Origin: a virus
DNA: 64,000 nucleotides
Direction: 5' to 3' (one strand)
IMG/VR virus record: IMGVR_UViG_3300032323_000670
Location: 1 to 64,000 of that record
A program made the position numbers and the translations under genes. Of the stretch, positions 27,270 to 37,124 are shown in pieces (the stretch's first letter is position 1; every line of letters begins with the position of its first letter). A model generated the notes under the pieces. That model saw nothing but the letters and a program-made list of their open reading frames with translations, ran no database searches and was not told where the DNA came from.

Positions 27270-28661
27270 ATGGATAACTTTACCAATGCAATGTTTTCTA
27301 ATGACAGTCTTACTAATAACGGTGCTATTACTCATAGTACTGCAGGTTTGTATTGTCTTGACCTGTTTTTCATAGCAGGTGCGAGTCGTTTTATGTCTGA
27401 AGAAGATATCTTAAAAGCATTTATCAAGGCTTATCGTGAAGATAAACTTACTGCTCTTAAGATTCTATTTTGGGCACGTGATGCACGTGGTGGTGCAGGT
27501 GAGAAGCGTTTCTTCCAAGTAATAATGAGAAGTCTTTTAGTATCAGACCCTGAAGTGTATGAGCAGGTTGCTATACATATTCCTATGTTTGGTTATTGGA
27601 AAGACATCTTCATCATTGAAAGACCGAGTGATGATACTCTTAATTGGTTGAGCATTCAACTAAAAGAGAATGCTAATGCTAATCTATTAGCCAAATGGTT
27701 CCCTCGTAAGGGTGAATGGTTTGTAGGTATGCATAAGTATATGGGTATCAGTGCAGGTTCTTTCCGCAGAATGCTAACCTCTATGTCTAATACCGTTGAG
27801 CAAAAGATGTGTGCTAATGAATGGGAAACTATTCAGTATAGTACAGTTCCATCTGTTGCAGGTAAGAGATATGTACAGGCATTTCATAAACACGATGGTA
27901 TAAGATACGCCTCTTATATTAGCGATGTTATGGAAGGTAAGGAGAAGATGAACGCTTCAGTACTATTCCCAAGTGATTTAGTTCACAAGGTTACGGTTGA
28001 TGGCTTTAACGCAAATGCATATGATGCTATGTGGAAATCATTACCTAACTTTATGGAAGGATGCAATGAGCGTATCTTACCTGTCTGTGATGTATCAGGT
28101 AGTATGATGGGACAACCTATGGAAGTTTCCATTGGGTTAGGTTTGTATATCTCTGAACGCAATGAAGGTCCTTTCAAGGATTTAGTATTGACATTCAGTG
28201 AGTCTCCAGAGTTTCACAAGATAGAAGGTAATACTCTTTCAGAGAAAGTATTCAATCTTGGTAGAGCAAATTGGGGTATGAATACAGATCTAATCAAAAC
28301 ATTCAATGTGTTACTAGACCGTGCGGTTGCAGGTAAGGTAGCACAAGAAGATATGCCAACCAAGTTACTGATTATCAGTGATATGGAGTTTGACCAAGCC
28401 TGTGGTAAGCGTACTAACTTTGATATTATCAAGGCTGCGTATGCACAATGGGGCTATGAGATGCCAGGTATAATCTTTTGGAATGTCAATGGTAGATTGG
28501 GTAATGTACCTGTGAAGGCTAACACACCAAACACTGCACTCGTTAGCGGGTATAGTCCTAGTATTATTAGGTCTGTATTAGGCGGTGATGAATTGAACCC
28601 ATTAGCAGTGATGCTAAAGACTATTAACTCTGACAGATACAGTTGTATCAAGTTAGATTAA
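27270..28661 (+). CDS. TROVE/Ro60-related vWA protein (DUF2828 type)
   Basis: FWARDARGGAGEK, LAKWFPRK, MIDAS CDVSGSM, ISDMEFD, IFWNV. Confidence 0.88.
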   Translation: MDNFTNAMFSNDSLTNNGAITHSTAGLYCLDLFFIAGASRFMSEEDILKAFIKAYREDKLTALKILFWARDARGGAGEKRFFQVIMRSLLVSDPEVYEQVAIHIPMFGYWKDIFIIERPSDDTLNWLSIQLKENANANLLAKWFPRKGEWFVGMHKYMGISAGSFRRMLTSMSNTVEQKMCANEWETIQYSTVPSVAGKRYVQAFHKHDGIRYASYISDVMEGKEKMNASVLFPSDLVHKVTVDGFNANAYDAMWKSLPNFMEGCNERILPVCDVSGSMMGQPMEVSIGLGLYISERNEGPFKDLVLTFSESPEFHKIEGNTLSEKVFNLGRANWGMNTDLIKTFNVLLDRAVAGKVAQEDMPTKLLIISDMEFDQACGKRTNFDIIKAAYAQWGYEMPGIIFWNVNGRLGNVPVKANTPNTALVSGYSPSIIRSVLGGDELNPLAVMLKTINSDRYSCIKLD

Positions 28662-28676
28662 TGGTGATATATCTTA

Positions 28677-28714
28677 AAAGGGATGCTATATTAGTGTCCC
28701 TTTTTTATTTTTTT
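28677..28714 (+). terminator. Intrinsic terminator
   Basis: AAAAGGGATGCTA-TAT-TAGTGTCCCTTTTTT. Confidence 0.8.
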
Positions 28715-28738
28715 AACCCTATAAATAGCTAAACTCAA

Positions 28739-29056
28739 ATGAGTAAGACAAAGAACACCCCAGAATTTCAGAAGATGATGGACGAGCAAGAACTTGCTCA
28801 ATCATTTCATTATCAAGAACAAGAGCAAGAAAAAGAACAACTACTCCAGGCTATGGCTATGGATCAAGAGATAGAGCAGGCAACTGATGAGTATATACAA
28901 GCTCAAAAAGTTTTTATTGAAGCACAGCGTAAGTTTGCTGCTACATTAGATGCATATGCTAACCTTGACAACGGTCTTACTGTGAAGAAGAAAGCAAAGA
29001 CCGTAGCAAGTGCTATGTTGACTAATATGTTTAAAGGTTTTGACCCTACCAGCTAG
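28739..29056 (+). CDS. Coiled-coil hypothetical protein
   Basis: 105 aa, Q/E-rich. Confidence 0.75.
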   Translation: MSKTKNTPEFQKMMDEQELAQSFHYQEQEQEKEQLLQAMAMDQEIEQATDEYIQAQKVFIEAQRKFAATLDAYANLDNGLTVKKKAKTVASAMLTNMFKGFDPTS

Positions 29057-29139
29057 GACATGCTGCTGTTTTTTTTCATAAATATACATACCCCCGAAGT
29101 CCAAGGGGGTATACTTTTTCAACTAAAAAACCAACTCAA

Positions 29140-30282
29140 ATGATTACTACTATACTTGCTAATTGTGGTCCACAAAAAGATACTTATCTTAACTTGAAAC
29201 AACAACCTATTGATAAGCAAAGGTTTAATTTCTTTAAAGGTAGTCTATACTCATGGGTAGAAGAGACTCGTGCAGAGTCTGATACTCATATATATTGGGC
29301 AGTGAATAACTGTTCACCTAAATGGAATAAGACAGGTGGATTATATCTCAAAAGAGATAGTGTAGCAGGCTGTACTTATGACAAGGCTACCAAGAAATTC
29401 AAATGGTGGTTTGGTAAACAGGCTATTATACAGATGCCTAATATAGTTACTGATATGTGTAACTATTTTAAGACTGAATGGTTTGATAGCGTGCCTCAAG
29501 GTTTAAAGATTAGTACTACTAATAGTACCTTAAGTAAGGTGCTGTTGGGTAAGATTACTAACCCGAGAGATCTTATCAGGGGTATCATCAAGGCTAACCC
29601 TACTATGCGTGGTATGAATATCTCCATAGAAACTATGTGGAAGTATTGTAATGCCCGTCCAGGTATGAGATTGCAAAGTCTATCTGATATATTAAGTGCA
29701 GCCAAGGACCCTAATCATGCTATTGAATATATGTCTGATAAAGATTATATGAGTCACGATATGTTAGACTTAATCAAGCAGGCTCAAATGCTTGACCGCA
29801 AGATAGATTTCAAGTGGTCCAAGTCCCGTATTGCTGAAGTTCATACTGATTGGACTAAAGAGATTATGGATATAGAGCAGGAGTTTGTTGAGAAGAAAGA
29901 CTATGATTATACTGGTGAGTTACCAAGTAGTGGAAGTCTTGAACTTATTACAGACAGCAAAGAGTTATATATAGAAGGCAGAACTATGTCTCACTGTGTA
30001 TTTACTAACTATGCAGATGCTGTATCTAACAAGACTTACTTTGTATTTAAGTTTACTGATAGAGATACTCGTGCTACTCTAGGTATTCAAAAGCATTGGG
30101 ATAAGAATGAGTTTGTTGTCAATCAACTGTATGGTAAGTTCAATAAGAATATTGACCGTTGTCATCATGATTATGTGGAAGAATGGTTAGCAAGACCTGA
30201 TGTACAACAGTGGTTCAAGGATAACTATAAGGTTAATTCTTTAGGTGATCCTGTTCCATTAGTACAGGTTGATTGGATATAA
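29140..30282 (+). CDS. PcfJ-domain protein
   Basis: C-terminal ELYIEGRTMSHCV...TLGI...QLYGKFN pattern. Confidence 0.75.
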   Translation: MITTILANCGPQKDTYLNLKQQPIDKQRFNFFKGSLYSWVEETRAESDTHIYWAVNNCSPKWNKTGGLYLKRDSVAGCTYDKATKKFKWWFGKQAIIQMPNIVTDMCNYFKTEWFDSVPQGLKISTTNSTLSKVLLGKITNPRDLIRGIIKANPTMRGMNISIETMWKYCNARPGMRLQSLSDILSAAKDPNHAIEYMSDKDYMSHDMLDLIKQAQMLDRKIDFKWSKSRIAEVHTDWTKEIMDIEQEFVEKKDYDYTGELPSSGSLELITDSKELYIEGRTMSHCVFTNYADAVSNKTYFVFKFTDRDTRATLGIQKHWDKNEFVVNQLYGKFNKNIDRCHHDYVEEWLARPDVQQWFKDNYKVNSLGDPVPLVQVDWI

Positions 30283-30376
30283 GTTTAAGGGTGAAGAGAC
30301 CTGATACATTGCGGGAGTTGTAATGACTCCTGCTTTGTTATTAGGGTTTAAGTTAAATCAATTTAAGTTCAACTAT

Positions 30377-30727
30377 ATGGCAAGGACAAAAGTTCCTATT
30401 TCAAAAGAGCGTGTGCTCAATGTGTGCAAGCGTATTAACGCAGGCGTGTTACCTTCTGATGCAATACATAAAGAAGGTTTGTCTCATACTTATTTTATAG
30501 CAATGCGTGATGCAGGTATTGTGTTTAAATCTGTAGACGGTAAGACTTGGCAAGCAAGGATACGTATACATGATGAGCGTTATCAAACTTTCTTACAGAA
30601 GAGAAAGGAACATGATAGCATGCTAAAAGTAAACCGTGTTCCTCGCAAAAGAAAAGTTGTATTGGAACCTATAACTACTCCTAAAGTAGGGTTCTTTAAA
30701 AGACTTTGGACAAAACTATTTAGCTAA
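30377..30727 (+). CDS. Basic hypothetical protein
   Basis: Likely start MARTKV; amphipathic C-terminus GFFKRLWTKLFS. Confidence 0.7.
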   Translation: MARTKVPISKERVLNVCKRINAGVLPSDAIHKEGLSHTYFIAMRDAGIVFKSVDGKTWQARIRIHDERYQTFLQKRKEHDSMLKVNRVPRKRKVVLEPITTPKVGFFKRLWTKLFS

Positions 30728-30912
30728 TGAGTATGAGTGAGCAAGACAAACGCCCGTTGTATATGGGTACCTATGAAAGACATAAGAAAGAATTGCAGGT
30801 TAAACATGACGATGTACTCCTGCAATTGGAAGGGTTGCATAAAAGTTTGAAGTACAGTATAGTACTCGGTGGTATCGCACTGGGTATTAGTCTTGTAGCT
30901 TTAGCTATGTAA
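30727..30912 (+). CDS. Small protein with C-terminal TM segment
   Basis: Coupled start; hydrophobic C-terminus. Confidence 0.6.
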   Translation: MSMSEQDKRPLYMGTYERHKKELQVKHDDVLLQLEGLHKSLKYSIVLGGIALGISLVALAM

Positions 30913-30967
30913 TGCAGTAAATCTTTTCTTATCTGTTTTATGTTAAACATTTTTTAGTTATACAATC

Positions 30968-30975
30968 TATATTTG
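30968..30975 (+). promoter_or_regulatory. Bacteroidota -7 element TATATTTG
   Basis: Intergenic, 16 nt before an ATG; similar boxes at 36748, 39427, 43664 and 55559. Confidence 0.55.
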
Positions 30976-30991
30976 TGTAACCTCTATGTAA

Positions 30992-31294
30992 ATGTACTAC
31001 CAGTTACCAAATGGCAAAGTAATTAACTTGGATATAGCAGACATACTTGATATGACAAATGCTGATATCCAAGCCCTTATTGCTATGAATGCTGGTGAAC
31101 ACATACCAAATCCATTTCAAGGTTCAGTAATTAAAGGTTCAGGTAAGCATGAGCGTCCTGATTATGATGCTGAAGATGAAGAGATTGATGATGTTGAGTA
31201 TCATGAGATGTACTATGATGAGTACTTTGGGTCTGACATTATTGATGATGAGGGATTTGATGTGACCGATTTGGATCTTAATGATCCGGACTAA
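30992..31294 (+). CDS. Protein with highly acidic C-terminus
   Basis: MYYQLPNGKVI start; D/E-rich tail. Confidence 0.75.
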   Translation: MYYQLPNGKVINLDIADILDMTNADIQALIAMNAGEHIPNPFQGSVIKGSGKHERPDYDAEDEEIDDVEYHEMYYDEYFGSDIIDDEGFDVTDLDLNDPD

Positions 31295-31356
31295 ATGCAG
31301 GTAAGGGTTGTTCCTGCTTTCTACTAACAACCTATTTAAATTTCAACTTTATTAAA

Positions 31357-31806
31357 ATGAACAAAGTTATTGTTACTGCTAATGCAGAAGGAACCGTTGT
31401 GTCTTTATCTAAGAACAATCCAGAGTATGGTTATGTACGTGTTGAACAAGTACGTGGTGTTGTTGATGACCGTGGTTGGGTATCAAAGAAAACATTAAGT
31501 GCTTTGATGTATGGTAAGTCTGAAGACTTGAGATCTTTGGGTTACTTCAAGGGTCAAGCGTTGTCTGGTAAGATTGTTATCAAAGAATCTTTAGAGCCAT
31601 TCAACACTGAGAATCCTGAGAAGGACTATAAAATTGCAGGTAAGAGTGGTATCATATGTTGTCAAGATGGGCAACCTATCTACCGTAAGTGTTTCTACAC
31701 TACTAACGAGGCAGAAAGTGATGAGTTAAAACCTCATAACAACACGGAGACTATCCGTGAGGCTATGCTTTCTGCAGACGAGACTGTATCAGCGTTTAAT
31801 CTTTAA
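31357..31806 (+). CDS. Conserved beta-rich protein (possible ssDNA-binding protein)
   Basis: 149 aa; NPEYGYVRVEQ and GQPIYRK motifs; acidic-hydrophobic tail. Confidence 0.55.
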   Translation: MNKVIVTANAEGTVVSLSKNNPEYGYVRVEQVRGVVDDRGWVSKKTLSALMYGKSEDLRSLGYFKGQALSGKIVIKESLEPFNTENPEKDYKIAGKSGIICCQDGQPIYRKCFYTTNEAESDELKPHNNTETIREAMLSADETVSAFNL

Positions 31807-31878
31807 TCAGTGTTACAATTAGGTATAGTTTTATATAAGAGTATACACCGCTAATTGTAACATTCACATGATGTAAAC

Positions 31879-31904
31879 AAGGGGGAGTAAGTTCCCCCTT
31901 TTTG
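31879..31904 (+). terminator. Intrinsic terminator
   Basis: AAGGGGGAG-TAAG-TTCCCCCTTTTT. Confidence 0.75.
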
Positions 31905-31949
31905 CATCTTATTAATTTTCTTGTATAAAAATAAAAACACAAAAGTCCA

Positions 31950-32426
31950 ATGAGTTCCTATCAAAAAGTGGTCTATGAAGGTAGACTGAGTAATTACCAG
32001 CGTTATGGTAAAACGGTTAGTAAAAAACAGATAGAGTATGAGAAAGACCCCTTCAATGCTTATCAGAATTTTCTGTATAAGCGTGCGCTGTTTGGTCTTT
32101 CTGTATATGGTGAGGAGGAACTGAGTAAAATGCATTGGGATAAGAAGAAGAGAATTCAAAAGGTACACACTCGTGCCCAAGATTTGCTTAACACTTGGAA
32201 ACAAGAACTGTTAAATGAATGGACTTCTACTCTATTGTCCAAGATCTTTTGGCATAGTACGCTTGTCAAAGATTATAAAGAAAAGTTTGTAGGTAATACT
32301 GATCCTGGCTATATTAGCACAGTGGAATTCAAGGAATTGGGTATAACAAAAACTCATATCATTGATAAACTGATTAAAGAAAAGATACTACCAAGTAATT
32401 TTTATCAATTAAAAGAAGCAGTATGA
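31950..32426 (+). CDS. Hypothetical protein
   Basis: 158 aa with A-rich leader. Confidence 0.75.
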   Translation: MSSYQKVVYEGRLSNYQRYGKTVSKKQIEYEKDPFNAYQNFLYKRALFGLSVYGEEELSKMHWDKKKRIQKVHTRAQDLLNTWKQELLNEWTSTLLSKIFWHSTLVKDYKEKFVGNTDPGYISTVEFKELGITKTHIIDKLIKEKILPSNFYQLKEAV

Positions 32427-32734
32427 ATTTAAGTACACTGGATAACCGTGAGATTCTCTTTATCTACTTCAGTAATCGCAGATGGATTGATACCTATGAG
32501 GATATCTTTGAGCATAAGTCCATTGAAGATGTTATGAGTATACTAGACTTCGGTCAAATAAGGGTTACTCAACCACTAACTGATGAGGAGATGAGTAAGA
32601 TGACAGAGACAGAGCATTATAAATTATGTAATCAAATACATGAGAAGCTTCATCCTGTTATTGAACTTATAGAAGAGGCGGATTTAGACTTGTACTCTGA
32701 AGTTAAAGATTGTTTCAATAAAGTTAATATCTAA
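32423..32734 (+). CDS. Hypothetical protein
   Basis: ATGA overlap. Confidence 0.7.
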   Translation: MNLSTLDNREILFIYFSNRRWIDTYEDIFEHKSIEDVMSILDFGQIRVTQPLTDEEMSKMTETEHYKLCNQIHEKLHPVIELIEEADLDLYSEVKDCFNKVNI

Positions 32735-32735
32735 A

Positions 32736-32945
32736 ATGAAAACCACATTTATAATGAACGGGTCTACAAGACTTGTTCTCACTCCGGAAACGGAAGCAGA
32801 AGAGGTTATGTTAAAGCAACTAACCAAACAAGATAATGTTATTACTAATGTAGGAGAGGGTAGTCATATTGCTCTTACCTATGGCGGTGATTCTATAATC
32901 ATTATGCAGTCTACAAATGTTACAAGCCAAGCTGAAGAAGTGTGA
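32736..32945 (+). CDS. Hypothetical protein
   Basis: Tightly packed ORF. Confidence 0.65.
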   Translation: MKTTFIMNGSTRLVLTPETEAEEVMLKQLTKQDNVITNVGEGSHIALTYGGDSIIIMQSTNVTSQAEEV

Positions 32946-33336
32946 TGAATGCGGTGAAGTAACAACAATCTGGAAGAAAGAAGGTAAGCAGAAGTTTTGT
33001 AAGCAATGCTGGACTAAACAATTTAAGGGTTTATCAAGCACTAAAAAACCAACAGCTAAGAAACCTATGCGCCTTCAATCTTCCAAGATTGTTAAACTTA
33101 ATGCTGCATATTCCGTACTACGGGAACAGTTCTTAAAGAGAAAGCCTTTCTGTGAAGCACACCTACCCGATTGCTCTGTCAATGCGTGTGATGTACACCA
33201 TAAGAAAGGTAGAACTGGTACTCTATTCCTAGATGATACCGAGTTCTTAGCTGTATGTAGAACTTGTCACACTTGGATTGAGACACATCCTAAAGAAGCA
33301 AAACTATTAGACTTTAGTAAATCAAGAGAATCATGA
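32917..33336 (+). CDS. Zn-finger HNH endonuclease
   Basis: CDEC/CKQC N-terminus; CEAHLPDC, DVHHKKGR, LAVCRTCH. Confidence 0.8.
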   Translation: MLQAKLKKCDECGEVTTIWKKEGKQKFCKQCWTKQFKGLSSTKKPTAKKPMRLQSSKIVKLNAAYSVLREQFLKRKPFCEAHLPDCSVNACDVHHKKGRTGTLFLDDTEFLAVCRTCHTWIETHPKEAKLLDFSKSRES

Positions 33337-33671
33337 TTATAAAATTTGAAACACTAGACGGGTTTGATAACCTAAGGCTAGTTGAACCTACATGGCGTGG
33401 GGACAGCGGTGATCTTATAATAGACATTGAGCTCACTAAACTAATCTACAGAATCTATGGTGATACAGATGATAAGGTACTAACCTTTGAGATATCTGCT
33501 GTACCATTAGAGGACAGTGAAAGGTTTACACTTGAGAGTATTAAGAAAGGATTACCTGGTGCTACCTATGCTCATAATACATTAGGCCTCCACTACATCT
33601 GCGAACTACTCCTCTTGTATGTGGGACCTGATTACCCTAAACATTTTTATATTAAAAAACTAACAGCATGA
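33333..33671 (+). CDS. Hypothetical protein
   Basis: ATGA overlaps on both sides. Confidence 0.65.
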   Translation: MIIKFETLDGFDNLRLVEPTWRGDSGDLIIDIELTKLIYRIYGDTDDKVLTFEISAVPLEDSERFTLESIKKGLPGATYAHNTLGLHYICELLLLYVGPDYPKHFYIKKLTA

Positions 33672-33907
33672 AGAAGTTAATTATGATTTTGATGCTAGCT
33701 ATTGGATTAGTTAGCTGTAACAAGGAGGAAGATAAGCCATGTAATTGTGGTACAATCCTCAATGATGGTATCAATGGTACATGCTATTGGTTAGAGATTG
33801 AGAATGACTGTACTGGTAACAGGAAATCATTCTGCTTTGACCAGAGTGTGTGGATGAGTGCCTATGTAGGTAGTAACTTCTGTGTTACTAACCAAGGTCA
33901 ATGGTAA
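33668..33907 (+). CDS. Cys-rich lipoprotein
   Basis: MKKLIMILMLAIGLVSC lipobox. Confidence 0.8.
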   Translation: MKKLIMILMLAIGLVSCNKEEDKPCNCGTILNDGINGTCYWLEIENDCTGNRKSFCFDQSVWMSAYVGSNFCVTNQGQW

Positions 33908-33908
33908 T

Positions 33909-35024
33909 ATGAGTAGAGAAGAAATACAGAGTGATGCTCTGAAAGCAATTGAAGGGTGTGATCGCTGTGGTATTGCTGTATCTATGGGAGTTGGTAAAAC
34001 TCTCATAGGTCTTCAGCATATCTTTCAGAACTATGATGAGACACTAAGTGTATTAGTTGTAGCACCTAAGCGTTCTATTCTTAAGTCATGGGTAGATGAG
34101 GCAGAGAAGTTTAACCTTAATCATTTACTTGCTCACATTAAGTTTACTACTTACTTGTCTTTAAACAAACAAGATTTAACTTATGACATTGTATACTTAG
34201 ATGAGTGTCACAACCTACTCTTTACTCACGAGTCTTGGTTATCAAGATTTACTGGTAAGATTGTAGGTCTGACTGGTACTCCTCCTAAGGTAGCTTCTTC
34301 TGAGAAAGGTATGATGGTCAACAAGTATTGCCCTATGGCATATGAGTATGTAACTGATGATGCTGTACAAGATGGTATTCTAAATGACTATCAGATTATT
34401 GTACATAAGCTGAAGTTGGATAACCGTAAGAACTTTATGCAGAAGACTAAGAGTGGTGGATTTCCTACATCAGAGTTAGCAAGTTACAATTACTGGACTG
34501 AGCGTTTACTTAATGCAAACTCTGGTAAAGATGTGCAGATAACTCGTGTTATGCGGATGAAAGCACTGATGGGTTTTCCTAGTAAAGAAAGATATGCCAA
34601 GAGATTGTTTGATTCAATCACTGATAAGGTAATTCTGTTTGCTAATACTCAAAATCAAGCAGATAAACTTTGTGATGACAGTTACCATAGCGGTAATAAA
34701 CTATCTGAAGTTAACCTTGGTAAGTTTAAATCTGGAGAGATAAACAAGCTTAGCTGTGTACTACAACTAAATGAGGGTGTGAATATCCCTAACCTAAAGC
34801 AGGGTATCATTATGCATGCATATGGTAATGAGTGTAAGTCAGCACAAAGATTGGGTAGATTACTCCGTCTTAATCCTGATGAGAAAGCTACTATCCATAT
34901 CCTATGCTATCAGGATACTGTGGATGAGACTTGGGTAATCCAAGCTCTAGATCAATATGATAAATCTAAAATAACCTGGATTGAAAATGGACAACTCCAA
35001 TTTGCCAGCTGGAGCAGAGCATGA
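33909..35024 (+). CDS. SF2 (DExH) helicase
   Basis: MGVGKT, DECH, LTGT, LNEGVNIP, QRLGRLLR. Confidence 0.92.
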   Translation: MSREEIQSDALKAIEGCDRCGIAVSMGVGKTLIGLQHIFQNYDETLSVLVVAPKRSILKSWVDEAEKFNLNHLLAHIKFTTYLSLNKQDLTYDIVYLDECHNLLFTHESWLSRFTGKIVGLTGTPPKVASSEKGMMVNKYCPMAYEYVTDDAVQDGILNDYQIIVHKLKLDNRKNFMQKTKSGGFPTSELASYNYWTERLLNANSGKDVQITRVMRMKALMGFPSKERYAKRLFDSITDKVILFANTQNQADKLCDDSYHSGNKLSEVNLGKFKSGEINKLSCVLQLNEGVNIPNLKQGIIMHAYGNECKSAQRLGRLLRLNPDEKATIHILCYQDTVDETWVIQALDQYDKSKITWIENGQLQFASWSRA

Positions 35025-35232
35025 TGTTAATGCTCCCTGGAATCAAGTAGATGATTTATGTAGATACTGTGACAGAGATGTCATCATGGGCATGGCTCAA
35101 GAGTCTACCCCTGATGATGCAGATGTACAAGAACATTTTGAGGCAATGCTTGAAGAAGCAGACTTATGCCGCGATTGTTTTAAAGAACAACAAGCAGATG
35201 ATGATGATGACTGGTGCAACTGGAGAGACTAA
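34987..35232 (+). CDS. Acidic Zn-binding protein
   Basis: LPAGAEHDVNAPWNQ motif; CRYC and CRDC pairs. Confidence 0.65.
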   Translation: MDNSNLPAGAEHDVNAPWNQVDDLCRYCDRDVIMGMAQESTPDDADVQEHFEAMLEEADLCRDCFKEQQADDDDDWCNWRD

Positions 35233-35503
35233 GACTGTAACTGATGAAGACGTAACGCTTGACCTGTCCTTTATGGAGGACAGCAAGCTCGTCTTGTACA
35301 ATGATGATCACAATAGCTTTGATAAAGTTATCATGGCTCTCATGGTATACTGCCAAATATCTAGTGCTAAGGCTGCAGAGATTAGTATGAAGGTACACAA
35401 TGAGGGTAAGGCTGTAGCAAAGTATGGTCCTCGTGAACAACTTGAACCTATTGCTAAGATCTTTGGAGAATTAGATTTAACCTGTGAAATAGAAGACCCA
35501 TGA
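35198..35503 (+). CDS. clpS: ClpS N-degron adaptor
   Basis: LVLYNDDHNSFDKVIMAL...VHNEGKAV. Confidence 0.9.
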   Translation: MMMMTGATGETKTVTDEDVTLDLSFMEDSKLVLYNDDHNSFDKVIMALMVYCQISSAKAAEISMKVHNEGKAVAKYGPREQLEPIAKIFGELDLTCEIEDP

Positions 35504-36181
35504 AAGTAGGAGACTATCTGAGTAGGCGCATGTATAATGTACCTAATGAAATTTATGTAATTACAGCTATGGAAAGCTATGGCGGTTTAGTTCTTAACTA
35601 TAAGCTAGGTAGAGTAAGATTGAAACCTAAAGATCATTCCAATGCTATCTTTGATACAGGTAAAACTGTAAAACCAGATGAGCTTAGATTTGAATATAGC
35701 CCTATTAACATCTTGATACTAGATGCATGAAACCGGGAGACTGTTACATAGATGAGCACTTTGAACCAGATACTGTTGTATTAAAAGTTGGTGATTTAAT
35801 TAGTGCTGATGGTCATGAATGTACCGTTGTTTATACAAGTGACCCTCACCTTATGAGGAAAGGCGCAATAGTAACACGTTGGTCAAATGACGAGGAACTT
35901 ATACCAGTAGCTATGATCACCATAGATAGTAAAGTAATAATAATCAAGTTATGAAAGTAGGAGACTATGTAAAAGTAGGAGATAGCGTGCTTTATCTTAA
36001 CGAGGATATTAGCAAAGATGAATTAAACTTTTTAGAGTTTAAGGCAATTGTTATCTACACAAAAGAGAATCATTTGGATTTTTTTGTGGGTAAAGTATGT
36101 AGTTTACTTCAACCTAAGAATGATCCTATAGAACCTGTTATACCAATATTTGTAAAAGATGAAAAGCAAAAGACTGACTGA
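35500..36181 (+). CDS. Three tandem small MKxGD-type proteins (35500-35730, 35727-35954, 35951-36181)
   Basis: MKVGDY / MKPGDC / MKVGDY starts; ATGAAAGTAGGAGACTAT occurs at both 35500 and 35951. Confidence 0.7.
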
Positions 36182-36452
36182 TGAGGACATCATCAAAGAA
36201 CTAATAGACGTTATGTTTACTATAGCTGGTCATGATGTAACATTTGAGGACATCAAGGGCCGTAAGGACCAATGGTACTATGAATGGACCATGACTCCTG
36301 AGCAAGAAGAAAAGTGGATGGAACATATGGTAAAGTATTTCCGTAAACACAGAAGCATGACTGTTAGACATGCTCAAACATCTGCATCAATGTTTAACCT
36401 GATGTATGGCCTTAAGGTCAACCGTCCTGAACTAGAACAAGAACAAGATTAA
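36159..36452 (+). CDS. Hypothetical protein
   Basis: 97 aa ORF in the operon. Confidence 0.7.
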   Translation: MKSKRLTDEDIIKELIDVMFTIAGHDVTFEDIKGRKDQWYYEWTMTPEQEEKWMEHMVKYFRKHRSMTVRHAQTSASMFNLMYGLKVNRPELEQEQD

Positions 36453-36463
36453 AACTAAAATTT

Positions 36464-36679
36464 ATGAAAACATTTTTTAAAAAAGTTATTTATTGGGTAC
36501 TTATCCTTTTAGTAGGAGTTAGTGCTATATGGGGTGCAAACACTGTAGATAGTGATACAGAAGTAGGCTGGTTAATTCTTGGATCTTTTGCAGAGTCTGT
36601 ATGTATAATAGTGCCGTTAGGTATATTCTGGGGTTATATACTAAGAAAAGTATTAAACTTAGAGCAAGAGAATGAGTAA
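36464..36679 (+). CDS. Two-TM membrane protein
   Basis: Two hydrophobic segments. Confidence 0.7.
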   Translation: MKTFFKKVIYWVLILLVGVSAIWGANTVDSDTEVGWLILGSFAESVCIIVPLGIFWGYILRKVLNLEQENE

Positions 36680-36723
36680 GCTTGGATACTGGTTGTGGGC
36701 AGATTAATACGTAGAAACACGTA

Positions 36724-36755
36724 TTGCAATAGGGTATTTCTAAATTTTACATTTG
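36724..36755 (+). promoter_or_regulatory. Bacteroidota sigma70-type promoter
   Basis: TTG, 21 nt spacer, TACATTTG; 15 nt before ATG at 36771. Confidence 0.6.
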
Positions 36756-36770
36756 TGAAAATTAAAACAC

Positions 36771-37118
36771 ATGAATAAAATTATTAGGTTAGAACTACTA
36801 CAGCAGGATATCATGCTGATTAAAAATCCAGAGTCAATGCAGGAGATTAAGGATCAAATTTACTTCTTCTTAAATGCCGAGGAGCTAGAGAAAGTAGCTT
36901 ATGAAACCACTAACTGCGGAGTTGCCTTTAGAGAATGGCACACAGAAATAGGAATTAAAAACCTTCTAGTGATATGCCATCCGCAGAATATAGGTGAGGT
37001 AAGTAGAGTAGTCTTGTTTGCTGCCAAAAGAATACTTGAAAACAAAAATATAAAGTCAGATGAAATGGAAGGACTCCTCCTCCAGTTAATAATGGATAAC
37101 ATATACCCTAAAAACTAA
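36771..37118 (+). CDS. Hypothetical protein
   Basis: 115 aa after the promoter. Confidence 0.7.
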   Translation: MNKIIRLELLQQDIMLIKNPESMQEIKDQIYFFLNAEELEKVAYETTNCGVAFREWHTEIGIKNLLVICHPQNIGEVSRVVLFAAKRILENKNIKSDEMEGLLLQLIMDNIYPKN

Positions 37119-37124
37119 ACAACT

